Assembly (NCBI GenBank): GCA_963768425.1
Contig: CAVYHV010000015.1
Coordinates: 24,427-88,426 of the forward strand
Source of the DNA: Candidatus Bathyarchaeota archaeon
Lineage (GTDB): Archaea > Thermoproteota > Bathyarchaeia > Bathyarchaeales > Bathycorpusculaceae
Direction of reading: 5' to 3'
DNA: 64,000 nt
A program made the translations under genes and the position numbers. Every line of letters begins with the position of its first letter. Position 1 is the first letter of the stretch. Below, in pieces: positions 42,168 through 52,399 of the stretch. The notes beneath the pieces were generated by a model that worked only from the letters and a program-made list of their open reading frames with translations, did no database searches and was not told where the DNA came from.

Positions 42168-42890
42168 ATGTCACGTAAAGCTTATCGAAGAGGATATCCA
42201 GTTGCAGTTTTAATCGGAATAGAGAGTGACCATGCTGCCTTATGGCAAATTTTCAGCCAAGTAGCCAAGCAACAACAAACTTTATCCCTAGCTGGGAACC
42301 GAAGCGACACAAAAAACCTGTACTGCTTTCACGAAGCAGTCATAAACGCAATTCGGCCGACTTTGAAGGAAGGAGTCAGAAGCATCGTAATAGCAGCGCC
42401 TCCGCGGACCAATTATGCACAGGAATTCCAAAATCACATTAAGGCACATCACAGCTGGCTTCTTTCAGGAACCAACAAAGCCACATTCTCCACCATCACA
42501 GGTTCAGCAAGCACACCCACCCAAGTTGCCGCCATTACAAAAACAGCAGCCTTCAAACAATCAATCAGCGAAACAACAACGGAAGAAGCAGAAAACCTTC
42601 TTGAAATCCTCGAAAAAAAGCTAAGCTCCCCTGAAAACTCGGTGCTTTTTTCTCTGCAAGACGCGGAACATTTTATTCTCGGAACGCAAACAGAGGGGAA
42701 GCCTAAGCCTGAATACCTCATGCTTACAGATGAGTTCCTTTCGAAGAGTCGGCAAAAATACCGAATTCAAAAGCTCATGCAGATTGCGGCAAACAAAGGA
42801 GTAAAAACCCGAGTAATAAGTGCGGAGTCAACTGCTGGAAAACGGCTAACGCAGTTTGGCGGAATTGTTTGTTTGGCAAAACGTGATTAG
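42168..42890 (+). CDS. Pelota/eRF1-like protein (domains 2-3 only)
   Basis: IVIAAP...AQEF domain-2 pattern; C-terminal SAESTAGKRLTQFGGIVCL. Confidence 0.65.
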   Translation: MSRKAYRRGYPVAVLIGIESDHAALWQIFSQVAKQQQTLSLAGNRSDTKNLYCFHEAVINAIRPTLKEGVRSIVIAAPPRTNYAQEFQNHIKAHHSWLLSGTNKATFSTITGSASTPTQVAAITKTAAFKQSISETTTEEAENLLEILEKKLSSPENSVLFSLQDAEHFILGTQTEGKPKPEYLMLTDEFLSKSRQKYRIQKLMQIAANKGVKTRVISAESTAGKRLTQFGGIVCLAKRD

Positions 42891-42895
42891 CCAAC

Positions 42896-43627
42896 CTAAA
42901 GAAATCCATTATCCTTAAGTTGCCCAATTGATATTTTGCCAGAATGCAAAGAAGTAGCCACCAACGCCCCTGAAATACCAGTATCCCGCAGCTCAAGCAA
43001 ATCACTGATGTCTCTGACGCCGCCTCCAACGTACAGATTCAACGGCACTTCTGCAAGCACTTTTTTCATAAAATCCATGTTCACTCCTTCGCCGCTGCCT
43101 ACCCGCGCCAAATCCAAAACAATGACTTGTGAAACGCCCATGACCTTGAACTCGTTTAGAAGGCAAATTGGATTCGTGCATCCATTGAATCCCAACTTGA
43201 CAAGGACCTTGTCGCCTCTCAAATCCAAGCTTACAATGACGCGGTCGCTTCCAAACGCTTTTACCGCTTCGCCGACGAAGCTTTTGTTTTGGAGTGTTTC
43301 GGTTCCGATGACAAGTTTTGAAACCCCGTTCTCAAGCAATTTCTCGGCTCGTTCCATTGAGGTCACGCCTGCATCGATCATCAGGTTAAGACCCGTTGCG
43401 TCAGAGATACGTTGGAAAACTTGAAAGTTGGCGGAGCAATCGATTATGGCATCTAAATCAGCAATATACAACTCGCTAAAACCGAGCTTTTTGAAGTCCT
43501 TTGCAACTTCAACTGGGTCGACTGAATTGGACAAGCTGCTTTGAAGGGGTTTATACTCGCTTCTCTTGCCCCTGATAGCATGGACCACGACGCCGTTTAA
43601 AATGTCGATCACTGGTATTGCTTTCAA
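42896..43627 (-). CDS. HisA/HisF-related TIM-barrel protein of C1/methanofuran gene clusters
   Basis: IPVIDILNGVVVHA, LYIADLDAI, LDLARVGSGEG, GGGVR. Confidence 0.8.
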   Translation of the reverse strand: MKAIPVIDILNGVVVHAIRGKRSEYKPLQSSLSNSVDPVEVAKDFKKLGFSELYIADLDAIIDCSANFQVFQRISDATGLNLMIDAGVTSMERAEKLLENGVSKLVIGTETLQNKSFVGEAVKAFGSDRVIVSLDLRGDKVLVKLGFNGCTNPICLLNEFKVMGVSQVIVLDLARVGSGEGVNMDFMKKVLAEVPLNLYVGGGVRDISDLLELRDTGISGALVATSLHSGKISIGQLKDNGFL

Positions 43628-43730
43628 TCTTGCTCGCTAACTGGAATTATTCGTTGCAAATAGAAAAACCTAGCCTTCGTTGAGCAAAACTTTTAAAGCC
43701 TTCATTAATGCGCTTGATTACTGACAACGA

Positions 43731-44471
43731 TTGAAGCTACTAATTAGCCCCGTAAACGCACAAGAAGCCGCCGAAGCTATTGCTGGAGGCGCCACCATAA
43801 TTGACGTCAAAAACCCTCAAGAAGGCGCCTTAGGAGCCAATTTTCCATGGGTCATCAAGCAGATAAAGGAGCTTGCACCGAAAAACGTTCAAGTTAGTTG
43901 CGCTTTAGGCGACATCCCGAATCTTCCTGGTTCTGTGTCGCTTGCAGCCTTGGGTGCAGCTTCGTTGGGGGTTGATTACGTCAAGGTAAGTCTTTATGGG
44001 TGCAAAACAGTTGAGGAAGCACTGTATCTCCTTCAAAACGTTAACAGAGCTGCTAAGGAATGCAACCCCAAAATCAAGGTGGCTGCCGTTGGTTACGCTG
44101 ACGCAAAAAAAACTAATTTGCTAGATCCAAGGCAGGTTCCCGAAGTAGCAGCCAAAGCGCACGTTGAGGTAGCCATGCTTGACACGCAGTTTAAAGACGG
44201 AAAGACCCTCTTCTTCCACCTCTCGGCGGAGCAACTTAAGAAATTCGTTGATCGTAGCCATCAACTGGGTCTTGAAGTGGCGTTGGCTGGGTCACTGCGG
44301 AAGGAAGATTTGCCTGTAGTTTACCGTTTGGGCGCCGATATAGTAGGTTTGCGTGGAGCAGCCTGCACAAACAGAGACCGAGTCAAGGGAGAAATGAAGA
44401 GAGCTCTCGTGGGCGAACTTGTGGAAGTTATCAGTCAAACTGAATTGCAAGCTAACAAGCCGAGGGTTTAA
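43731..44471 (+). CDS. mfnB: (5-formylfuran-3-yl)methyl phosphate synthase
   Basis: MKLLISP..EA..A..GGA.IIDVKNP.EGALGA, MLDT..KDG, LAGSL, GLRGAAC. Confidence 0.9.
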   Translation: MKLLISPVNAQEAAEAIAGGATIIDVKNPQEGALGANFPWVIKQIKELAPKNVQVSCALGDIPNLPGSVSLAALGAASLGVDYVKVSLYGCKTVEEALYLLQNVNRAAKECNPKIKVAAVGYADAKKTNLLDPRQVPEVAAKAHVEVAMLDTQFKDGKTLFFHLSAEQLKKFVDRSHQLGLEVALAGSLRKEDLPVVYRLGADIVGLRGAACTNRDRVKGEMKRALVGELVEVISQTELQANKPRV

Positions 44472-44473
44472 CC

Positions 44474-45613
44474 TTGCATGCAGGCGGCTTAAGCAGGAAA
44501 CTGGTGCTGGCTGAAATTAAAAAAGTCCGGCACTTAGACCAGCGCTACGATGACGGTAAGGTTTTGTGTTCCATGTGTACAAAGCCGCATCCGACGGCGG
44601 AGAAAGCTTACAAGCTCTTTTTGAATTCTAACTTAGGCGACCCTGGACTATTTCCAGGGAGCGTACAGCTTGAACAAGAAGTTGTACATGAATTAGCGAC
44701 CCTCCTTCATGGCGAAAACGGCATTGGACACGTAGTTTCAGGGGGAACCGAAGCTAATTTGATGGCACTTTTAGCCGCAAGAAACACGGCAAATGTCAGC
44801 GCTCCCGAAATCGTTTTGCCTGAATCGGCTCATTTCTCATTCACCAAAGTCTGCAATGTCCTAAAAATAAAGTCAGTGTACGTCAAATTAGACAGCTCTT
44901 TCAGAGTTGACCCAGTTCAGGTTGTGAAATCTATCAGCGAAAACACTATCGCAATCGTCGGGACTGCTGGAACTTCGGAACTGGGTGTGGTCGATCCAAT
45001 CGAGGAACTTTCACGAATTGCGCTAGAGCGCAAGGTTTGGTTACATGTTGATGCAGCCTTCGGAGGCTTAGTTATTCCGTTCTTAGATGGCGACAAACCT
45101 AAGTTTGATTTCTCATTGGAGGCAGTGAAATCTATGACAGTTGACCCTCACAAGATGGGAATGGCTGCCATTCCAGCAGGCGGAATCCTCTTCAGACACC
45201 AAGAAGCCTTGGATTGTCTCAAAACTGAAACGCCTTACTTAACCGATCGATACCAGTACACGTTTGTCGGAACACGAACAGGTGCTGCAGCTGCTTCAGC
45301 ATGGGCAGCTTTTAAGTCGCTAGGCATTGAAGGGTACAGGAAAATCGTCGGCAAATGCATGAAGAATACCCAGCTAATCGCTGACGGACTGGTAGATGAG
45401 GGTTGCAGCCTTGTCGTGCAGCCATCCCTGAACATCGTGGCGTTCCGCAGCAACGGTGGCACTAAACGCATGTCAGAGAGACTTCGACAGAAAGGCTGGC
45501 TTATCTCTTACGTGCCACGGTACGATTGCATAAGAATCGTTGTCATGCCGCACGTTAAGAAGAAGCATGCCGAAGTTTTTTTGAAGGACGTCGCCGGAAT
45601 CGAAAAGCTTTAA
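44474..45613 (+). CDS. mfnA: PLP-dependent tyrosine/aspartate decarboxylase
   Basis: SMCT.PHP, NLGDPGLFPG, SGGTEAN, HVDAAFGG, DPHKMG. Confidence 0.9.
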   Translation: MHAGGLSRKLVLAEIKKVRHLDQRYDDGKVLCSMCTKPHPTAEKAYKLFLNSNLGDPGLFPGSVQLEQEVVHELATLLHGENGIGHVVSGGTEANLMALLAARNTANVSAPEIVLPESAHFSFTKVCNVLKIKSVYVKLDSSFRVDPVQVVKSISENTIAIVGTAGTSELGVVDPIEELSRIALERKVWLHVDAAFGGLVIPFLDGDKPKFDFSLEAVKSMTVDPHKMGMAAIPAGGILFRHQEALDCLKTETPYLTDRYQYTFVGTRTGAAAASAWAAFKSLGIEGYRKIVGKCMKNTQLIADGLVDEGCSLVVQPSLNIVAFRSNGGTKRMSERLRQKGWLISYVPRYDCIRIVVMPHVKKKHAEVFLKDVAGIEKL

Positions 45614-45654
45614 GGTTACGCAGGGTTTCCATCGAATCTTAAAGGGACAATGCT

Positions 45655-46887
45655 TTGAAGATTTTGCTTTACGAGCATGTTTCAGGCGGCGGATACGCAG
45701 GAAAACCACTGGACCAAAGCGTTTTATCAGAAGGGTTCGGTATGCTACGCTGCCTCGCCCAAGATTTCAAAGCTGCAGGAAACGAAGTAACAGTTTTACT
45801 TGATGAACGCATCGCAAAAATGAAGCCGCCTCTCTCAGCTAAAAGCACAGTTCCAGTTTTTCAAGCCCAAGAAGTCGAAAAATCTCTGGTTAACGCTGCT
45901 AAAACTAACGATGCTGTCTACGTTATTGCGCCTGAAACAGGACAGATCCTGCAGTCACTGGTCACTCTCGTTGGGAAAACATCGAAAGTGGCTCTTAATT
46001 GCGAAGCCAGCGCTATTGGCAACGTTGCGGATAAGGCGGTTCTCTACGAGACCCTCAGGAACAACGATTTATACACTCCTGAAACGGTCATCTTTGACGT
46101 TGAGAATGACTTAGCCCAAGTTGAGCGAGAAATCAGAAGTCGACTGAGTTACCCTGTCGTCGTTAAGCCTGTGGATGGTGTTAGCTGCGGAGGATTAAGC
46201 ATCATCCACGAAGACCGTCTATTAGAAACTGCAATCGAGAAAATAAAGTCGACATCATCCGCAAAAAGTTTCATTGCACAAGAGTTCATTTGCGGCGAAA
46301 ACGCGAGCGTAAGCCTGATTTGCAAGGAAGATAAAGCGTTATCAGCTAGCCTGAATAAACAGATCGTTAATCTTTCCGAACCAGAAGGAGCTTCAAGCTA
46401 TGAAGGCGGCGCGGTTCCTTTTGATCATGCGCTAAAGACTGAAGCGTTCAAAGCGGCGGAAAAGGTTGCATCGTGTTTTGTTGGATTGCGAGGCTACGTC
46501 GGGGTTGACTTCGTTTTGGCGCAAGGCAGGGCATTTGTTGTGGATATTAATCCTAGATTAACGACGTCTTATGTTGGTTTGAGCAAAGTTGCTGGTTTTA
46601 ACGTGGCAGAGGCAATGGTTCATGCCGTACTTGATAACAAGTTTCTAGTACAGCAGGAAAACAAGGGGTTCGTTTATTTTTCTAAAGTTCGATTGCCCAA
46701 GCCTTCAATTGATGTCTTCTCTAAGGTCGCTCAAATAGACGGGGTTATTTCACCGCCTTTCCCCGTTGACGGCGAGTCAGAAGCGATTTCGCTGGTGGCT
46801 GCTAATGGCGAATCCATGTCTGACGCGGAGCTGCGGTTCGAAGAAGCTAAAAAGCGGCTGCTCAAGTTATCAGTGGGAGAAAGATAG
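45655..46887 (+). CDS. mfnD: tyramine--L-glutamate ligase (ATP-grasp)
   Basis: YEHVSGGG, EGFGML, IAPE, VKPVDG, GYVGVD, DINPRLTTSY; operon context. Confidence 0.8.
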   Translation: MKILLYEHVSGGGYAGKPLDQSVLSEGFGMLRCLAQDFKAAGNEVTVLLDERIAKMKPPLSAKSTVPVFQAQEVEKSLVNAAKTNDAVYVIAPETGQILQSLVTLVGKTSKVALNCEASAIGNVADKAVLYETLRNNDLYTPETVIFDVENDLAQVEREIRSRLSYPVVVKPVDGVSCGGLSIIHEDRLLETAIEKIKSTSSAKSFIAQEFICGENASVSLICKEDKALSASLNKQIVNLSEPEGASSYEGGAVPFDHALKTEAFKAAEKVASCFVGLRGYVGVDFVLAQGRAFVVDINPRLTTSYVGLSKVAGFNVAEAMVHAVLDNKFLVQQENKGFVYFSKVRLPKPSIDVFSKVAQIDGVISPPFPVDGESEAISLVAANGESMSDAELRFEEAKKRLLKLSVGER

Positions 46888-46888
46888 C

Positions 46889-47959
46889 GTGGTAGACGTG
46901 TTAGGATTTGACATCGGGGGCGCGAACACCAAAGCTGTACTAGTTCGTACGCAAAACGGTAGACTAAAAGACATAAAGCTTGACATCGAGTATTTCCCGA
47001 TTTGGAAAGAACCACAAAAACTCTCAAAAGTCCTCTTGAAGTTGAAGCAACGACTGGGTGCCGAAAGACTCGATGGATTAGGGGTTACAATGACCGCTGA
47101 ATTATCGGATGCTTACCAAACCAAACGTGAAGGAGTTCACAGCGTTATAGCCGGAGTTAAAGAATCGTTTCCTGACACGCCTATCCACGTGCTAAATACA
47201 GATTGCGAGTTGGAGTCGACAGCCAAGGCAGAATTGGCGCCACTTGGGGTAGCGGCTGCAAATTGGGTTGCTACAGGATGGTTGGTTGCCCAGCGAATAG
47301 CCAACTGCGTGATAGCTGACGTCGGAAGCACAAGCACCAGTATAATTCCAGTCGCTTCAGGGAAAGTGGCTGCACTGGGCAAAACGGATTTGGACAAACT
47401 AATTTGTGGAGAGCTTGTTTACACGGGAGGTTTAAGGACAAATGTCGCGGCAATTGTCCAATCCATTCCTGTCAGAGGCGGAGTAGCCAGCGTGGCATCT
47501 GAAATGTTTGCGCTATCCGCAGATGTCCACATAATCTTAGGCCACATCACAGAAGCGCAGTACACTAGTGAGACTGCGGACGGACGCGGCAAGACGTTAC
47601 GTGAAGCCTATGCAAGGTTAGCTAGGGTAGTTTGCGCTGATACAGACATGTTGACGAATCAGGAAATATTTGAGATGGCAAAATACATCTACCTCAGCCA
47701 ACTTTTGCAAGTTACCCAAGGCTTAACCAAAGTCTACTCACACGTTAAAAAGCAAGCGAAAAACGAAGTTTCAATCGTGGTCACGGGTCTCGGTAAAGAT
47801 TTTATCGCAAGAAAAGCAGCTGAAAAAATCGGCGCTGACTCTATCTTCGATTTGGGAACCTTTCTGCCAAAAGAAATGTCGATGGCGACGCCTGCTTTCG
47901 CAGTTGCATTGATGACAGCGAACAAGATTGAGGGGGAGACAATCTGTTGGACGCAGTAA
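46889..47959 (+). CDS. mfnF: methanofuran ether-forming synthase (hydantoinase-A-like)
   Basis: GFDIGGANTK, TMTAELSDAY.TKREGV, DVGSTST, ELVYTG.LRT; GTG start after the mfnD stop. Confidence 0.85.
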   Translation: MVDVLGFDIGGANTKAVLVRTQNGRLKDIKLDIEYFPIWKEPQKLSKVLLKLKQRLGAERLDGLGVTMTAELSDAYQTKREGVHSVIAGVKESFPDTPIHVLNTDCELESTAKAELAPLGVAAANWVATGWLVAQRIANCVIADVGSTSTSIIPVASGKVAALGKTDLDKLICGELVYTGGLRTNVAAIVQSIPVRGGVASVASEMFALSADVHIILGHITEAQYTSETADGRGKTLREAYARLARVVCADTDMLTNQEIFEMAKYIYLSQLLQVTQGLTKVYSHVKKQAKNEVSIVVTGLGKDFIARKAAEKIGADSIFDLGTFLPKEMSMATPAFAVALMTANKIEGETICWTQ

Positions 47960-48624
47960 TGGTCAAAGTCGGCGGAAGCCTTGCATTGCAACCGGATAAA
48001 CTGAGAAGCTTATGCGGAAAATTGACCGAGTTTTCTTATGCACACAAATTAGTTATATTGCCGGGAGGCGGCGAATTTGCCGACGCGGTCAGAAACTTAG
48101 ATGAGCGATTCCATTTGTCGCCTAAGATTTCTCATCGCATGGCGATTTTAGGGATGGATCAATATGGGTTGCTGCTGTCTAACCTGCTGGCGGGTTCAAA
48201 GCTTGTTTATGAGCTTGATGATCTGCAAGAAATCCTCAATTCAGGTGAGTTGCCAGTTTTTTTGCCGTCGGCTTTCTTGTTTTCTAAAGATGCACTTGAG
48301 AACTCGTGGGATGTTACTTCTGACACTATCGCCGTCTATATTGCAAGCCAACTGGGCTTATCCAAAGTTGTCTTAGTGACTGATGTTGATGGAGTCTACT
48401 CCAGTGACCCTAAGAAGTTTTTAAATGCAAAATTGATCAGGAAGTTGTCCGCTTCCAAGCTCCTAAAAATGAGCGAGAGAACGAGCGTTGATAAGTTCTT
48501 GCCAAAACTAATCTTGCAGTCCCAGCTTGAATGTTTCGTCGTAAATGGGCTACATTCCCAGCGCATCAAGGCAATCTTAACTGGAAAAGAAACAGTTTGC
48601 ACCAAAATAACCCGAAATCCATAG
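47947..48624 (+). CDS. mfnE: [5-(aminomethyl)furan-3-yl]methyl phosphate kinase (amino-acid kinase fold)
   Basis: VKVGGSL, PGGGEFAD, HRMAILGMDQYG, SWDVTSD, TDVDG. Confidence 0.85.
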   Translation: MDAVMVKVGGSLALQPDKLRSLCGKLTEFSYAHKLVILPGGGEFADAVRNLDERFHLSPKISHRMAILGMDQYGLLLSNLLAGSKLVYELDDLQEILNSGELPVFLPSAFLFSKDALENSWDVTSDTIAVYIASQLGLSKVVLVTDVDGVYSSDPKKFLNAKLIRKLSASKLLKMSERTSVDKFLPKLILQSQLECFVVNGLHSQRIKAILTGKETVCTKITRNP

Positions 48625-48780
48625 AAATCTTCTAACGAGTTCCTTTAAAAGCACAAAGATATTTGGAATTGTTCAACAGCCATCTTTAAAAATTAATTTA
48701 TGCAGCACCTGCATGAATTCTTTCAAATAGGTGAAAGGATAAAATAGAAAAAATAAAAAAAGGATATTGGAAGTTGCCGT

Positions 48781-48945
48781 TTAGATCTTTTTCTTATCCA
48801 CGACTTCTCGGAAGGTTTTGTCGCAGCACTTGTAAAGAGCAATGGTCAATTGTGTGCGTTTTCCTTTTTTGTCTGGTTTGCCAGCCATCTTCCAAGTTTT
48901 GGTTGCATTTTTTACTTCTTTTCCACAAGTTGGGCATTTTGCCAT
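48781..48945 (-). CDS. Cren7-like Zn-ribbon chromatin protein, 54 aa (not in the ORF track)
   Basis: MAKCPTCGKEVKNATKTWKMAGKPDKKGKRTQLTIALYKCCDKTFREVVDKKKI; AGGG upstream. Confidence 0.75.
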   Translation of the reverse strand: MAKCPTCGKEVKNATKTWKMAGKPDKKGKRTQLTIALYKCCDKTFREVVDKKKI

Positions 48946-49172
48946 GATTATCCCTACGCTTGAATGTTATCATATGGATCAGCATAAAACACTTGTGGTA
49001 CATGCACTTAAAAATGGCTAAAAAGGCTTTCTTATAGCGTGAAAAACATGGAAAATGCAACCGTTTTATTGAAAAAACGGCGCTAACTCACTACATTGCG
49101 GGGCGCCATAAGAAATGTTCCTAAACCAAGTTCTTAAGAAAATGGAGGAAAGTAAAAGAATTATTAGCTCAA

Positions 49173-49781
49173 GTGATGAAGCTAAGTCTGGAGAACCAGA
49201 TGATTGTCGGTTTAGATTTGGCAGGCGTCGAAACACGACCAACCGGCGTCTGCATCCTTACAGGAATGAACGCTCAAACTTGCCTGATGTATACGGACAC
49301 GGAAATCCTCGCAAAAATCAAGGCAATTAATCCTGCCGTTGTAGCCATCGACGCGCCTTTAAGCCTGCCTCCTGGACGGAAATCCCTTGAAGATAGAACT
49401 GGTGTTCACCTTAGAGAATGCGACAGGGAACTCTTGAAAAGGCACATAAAGTTTTTTCCAATTACGCTGGGTCCTATGCGAAAACTGACCATACGCGGAA
49501 TAAACCTGAGACATGCTTTAGAGGCGGAACGATTGGTTGTGATTGAGGCGTATCCAGGCGGTGCACAAGACGTTCGTGGAATCCTCCGAAAGCAGAAAGG
49601 GCTCGAAAAACTAAAGTCTGGTCTTGAGAGCTTAGGCATAAAAGGGCTGAAGAACGAATTAAGCGACCATGAACTTGATGCAGTAACTTGTGCATATGTG
49701 GGCAAACTCTTTCTAGAGGGCAAATCTGTAACTTATGGAGCCCCAGAAGGAATAGTTATGCCGAAAGGTACAAAACCCTGA
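49173..49781 (+). CDS. DUF429-family predicted RNase H-like nuclease
   Basis: VGLDLAG, AIDAPLS, IEAYP, HELDAVTCA. Confidence 0.8.
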   Translation: MMKLSLENQMIVGLDLAGVETRPTGVCILTGMNAQTCLMYTDTEILAKIKAINPAVVAIDAPLSLPPGRKSLEDRTGVHLRECDRELLKRHIKFFPITLGPMRKLTIRGINLRHALEAERLVVIEAYPGGAQDVRGILRKQKGLEKLKSGLESLGIKGLKNELSDHELDAVTCAYVGKLFLEGKSVTYGAPEGIVMPKGTKP

Positions 49782-50005
49782 TTATGAAACAGAGTTCTTT
49801 TCAGAAAATCCACAATTAGGAGTGGCTCAATTGTTAGTAAATTAATTAGTTCTAACGCTTTGATTAATCTTTTAAGAGGTTTTCTTGAAAAGAGCAGGAG
49901 TGTCTAATCTGACGTGCAAGGGTCAAAAGAACAGTAAATAATGAAACAAGTGGGTCTCTTCAAAATATCCTTTACTTGAAGAGAAAAAAGAAGGGAGATT
50001 TGACT

Positions 50006-50530
50006 TTACGCAGAAGGAGCCGGTGGAGGTGGAGATGCCATTGGAGATGGCGCAGAAGATTGAAATACTTGTTTTATTTGAGCAACGGTTGTTCCCGCCC
50101 AGCGATCGGTCAATTTTTGGCGCTTGTCATTTCCAGCTGTGACAACTGCTATCAACCAGTCCAGGAAAAGGAAAAGCGCGAAGATCTTGCTTATATTGCG
50201 TATGAATGATTTCCCAAATGATATCCGTCCGCCTTTTTCCAGCTGCACCTCTAAACCCATGACTCTTTTTCCAACTGTTCCTCCCCAGACGACGTCCAAT
50301 ATGATGAAATAAAGTATTGAAAGCAGCCCAAAAAGCCCAAAAGTTAGCCAAATTCCGCCGTAGAAAAGCACCGAAGAGCCTGAAGCTATGGCAGCAACAG
50401 CTATCACCGCTACTATAATGCCCAGTATTGTTGTTACTATGAAGATTATTATTGCGTCGATGATGTAAGCGATTAAGCGTATAACCCAATGCGTAAAGTC
50501 AATCTGTCCACTATTGTTGCTACTTGTCAT
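50006..50530 (-). CDS. RDD family membrane protein
   Basis: RLIAYIID, TVGKRVMGL, IRN, Q.LTD.WAGT. Confidence 0.9.
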   Translation of the reverse strand: MTSSNNSGQIDFTHWVIRLIAYIIDAIIIFIVTTILGIIVAVIAVAAIASGSSVLFYGGIWLTFGLFGLLSILYFIILDVVWGGTVGKRVMGLEVQLEKGGRISFGKSFIRNISKIFALFLFLDWLIAVVTAGNDKRQKLTDRWAGTTVAQIKQVFQSSAPSPMASPPPPAPSA

Positions 50531-50616
50531 TTGCTAAAAACCTCTAACTAGATTGTTGTATAAGCGCCTTATTATCGTTTTCGATTTATCGATTAAACTC
50601 TAAAAAGAAGTATGTT

Positions 50617-51264
50617 TCAAGGCTTGAAACCTATCAAGAGCGCCATTTCCATCCATTTCCAGTAACAGTCAACGTCAGCGAAACCAATCTGTCTTAAGAA
50701 TTTAAGCTGCGTTTCAACATCCAAAAGTCTGTTAGATGGGTCTTCTGTTTTGGGAACTCCTGATAGCTCCAAGAATTTCAGGTGAACGTTCTCTGTCGAA
50801 GAAGCAACGCGGTCAAGATTGCAGAACACGCCTTTTGGATTTAGTAGACCGAAAACTTCTTTGTACAGTTGCCTTTTTCTGGGATGCTCAAGGTGATGGA
50901 TCGCCAAACTGGAGACTACGGCGTCAAAACATCCGAGTTGCTTAGCCGGAAGGGGTCGTCTTAAATCATGTTTAAACACAGTTACGCTCGTTTCTTTCGT
51001 GAAGCGTTCTTCGGCGCGTTCAAGCATAGGCTCGGAAAAGTCCAATGCCACACCTTGTGCGTCTGGCTTGTTCAGCTTAACCAAGGCCATTAATCTGCCG
51101 TTACCTGTTCCCAAATCCAAAATCCGCTTGGTGTGTTTAGGGATTTGTTCAAGCAGCACTCTTTCCCCTTCTGTTCTATGGGGAAGTTTATCTGCTCTTG
51201 CCAAGTACGCAAGGACATGATCAATTCTTTGCCATTCGCTCTTAGGTACATCTTCTTTTTCCAA
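50617..51264 (-). CDS. class I SAM-dependent methyltransferase
   Basis: ILDLGTGNG, DFSEPML, VSSLAIHHL. Confidence 0.9.
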   Translation of the reverse strand: MEKEDVPKSEWQRIDHVLAYLARADKLPHRTEGERVLLEQIPKHTKRILDLGTGNGRLMALVKLNKPDAQGVALDFSEPMLERAEERFTKETSVTVFKHDLRRPLPAKQLGCFDAVVSSLAIHHLEHPRKRQLYKEVFGLLNPKGVFCNLDRVASSTENVHLKFLELSGVPKTEDPSNRLLDVETQLKFLRQIGFADVDCYWKWMEMALLIGFKP

Positions 51265-51445
51265 AGTCCATCCCTCCTCTATAACAAGCGGCAGGATATT
51301 TTTAATTTGCGTCGTTTACTTACGGAATTGGAGGGCTCAAAGCGGCAAAACTTTTCTCTCGACCTGAAAATACTCTTCCTAAGCTAACAATCCTTATATT
51401 GTGTTGATTCCTTTGAAAGGGGAATATTAAAAGGGGTTTCTGTTT

Positions 51446-51787
51446 ATGGAGTTTTGCCCAACTTGCGGCGTTCGTCTTGAGCCGAAGAAATCTGATGGTG
51501 CAATAGCACTTGTTTGCTCAAAATGCGGCTTCACCAAGCAGGCATCATGCAGCCGTGAGCAAGCTAAAGTAGTGAAAGTTATTCAGCCTAAATCCCAGCC
51601 GTTTATGACCGTCATAAGCGAAGAGGAACAAAAAGTCAAAACCATGCCGACAATACGCATGAAATGCGAGAAGTGCGGAAACAACATGGTTTACGTTTGG
51701 CAAGTACAAACTCGAGGCGGGGACGAAGCGTCAACCCAATTCATGCGCTGCACCAAATGCGGACACACCTTCAGAGAATACTCATAG
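51446..51787 (+). CDS. tfs: transcription factor S (RpoM/TFS)
   Basis: N-terminal FCPTC...CSKC; C-terminal CEKC...QTRGGDEAST.F.RCTKCGH.FRE. Confidence 0.9.
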   Translation: MEFCPTCGVRLEPKKSDGAIALVCSKCGFTKQASCSREQAKVVKVIQPKSQPFMTVISEEEQKVKTMPTIRMKCEKCGNNMVYVWQVQTRGGDEASTQFMRCTKCGHTFREYS

Positions 51788-52117
51788 AAATGTTTTCCTT
51801 GATCTCAAAAAAGCGTCTTTTCATATGGTGAAGAACCCGTCGAGAAGCAAATTACGTACGCTATTTGAACCCCGCTTACCATGTCAGTTTTTTGGCAAAG
51901 TGTTGGTTAGAGTTTACGTGAAGCTTAAGGTTATTGACTTACGGTTTGAAGCAAACGAAGAAAAGTAAAATTTCCAAGGACAGCAACATAACAAACTATG
52001 CTTGAACCCGTCCGCTTATTGTCAAGTATAAACAGGTGTGCGAAAACGGTTCTTTTCATATTTCATACGCAAAAATTAAGGGTGAAAAAAAGGACAGTTT
52101 TTCCTTCTTTTGAAGTT

Positions 52118-52207
52118 TTAAGTTTGAGTTTTGCTCTTTTTCTCTTTTCGTGCTTTTCTTTTCGCGTCTCGTTCTTTTTTGGTTAGTGGTTTTTCTTTTT
52201 TCGGCAT
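52118..52207 (-). CDS. 29-aa highly basic peptide (not in the ORF track)
   Basis: MPKKEKPLTKKERDAKRKARKEKKSKTQT; GGAG upstream, T-rich tract downstream. Confidence 0.5.
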   Translation of the reverse strand: MPKKEKPLTKKERDAKRKARKEKKSKTQT

Positions 52208-52399
52208 GTTTTATCTCCGGGTGTAATGATATGCAAGTTAGCACTTTAATAATTTTCGACAAAACCCCGTTGCCACAACTGCTACATTATGGGAAATCTG
52301 CAATAATAGACAATCATTACAATTCACACGTTTCAAAATTTGAGTACTAAATTAATAAAAAGAAAAGTGTTAATTGAGTTAAGATGTTAGCTTAAAAGC

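Noticed and set aside
46766-46888. N-terminal extension of MfnF given in the ORF track
   Set aside because: It overlaps mfnD by 122 bp; homology starts at VLGFDIGG just after GTG 46889.
50970-50977. GTTTAAAC as a sixth att-like site
   Set aside because: An isolated 8-mer inside the methyltransferase gene, with no GACG flanks or tRNA end.
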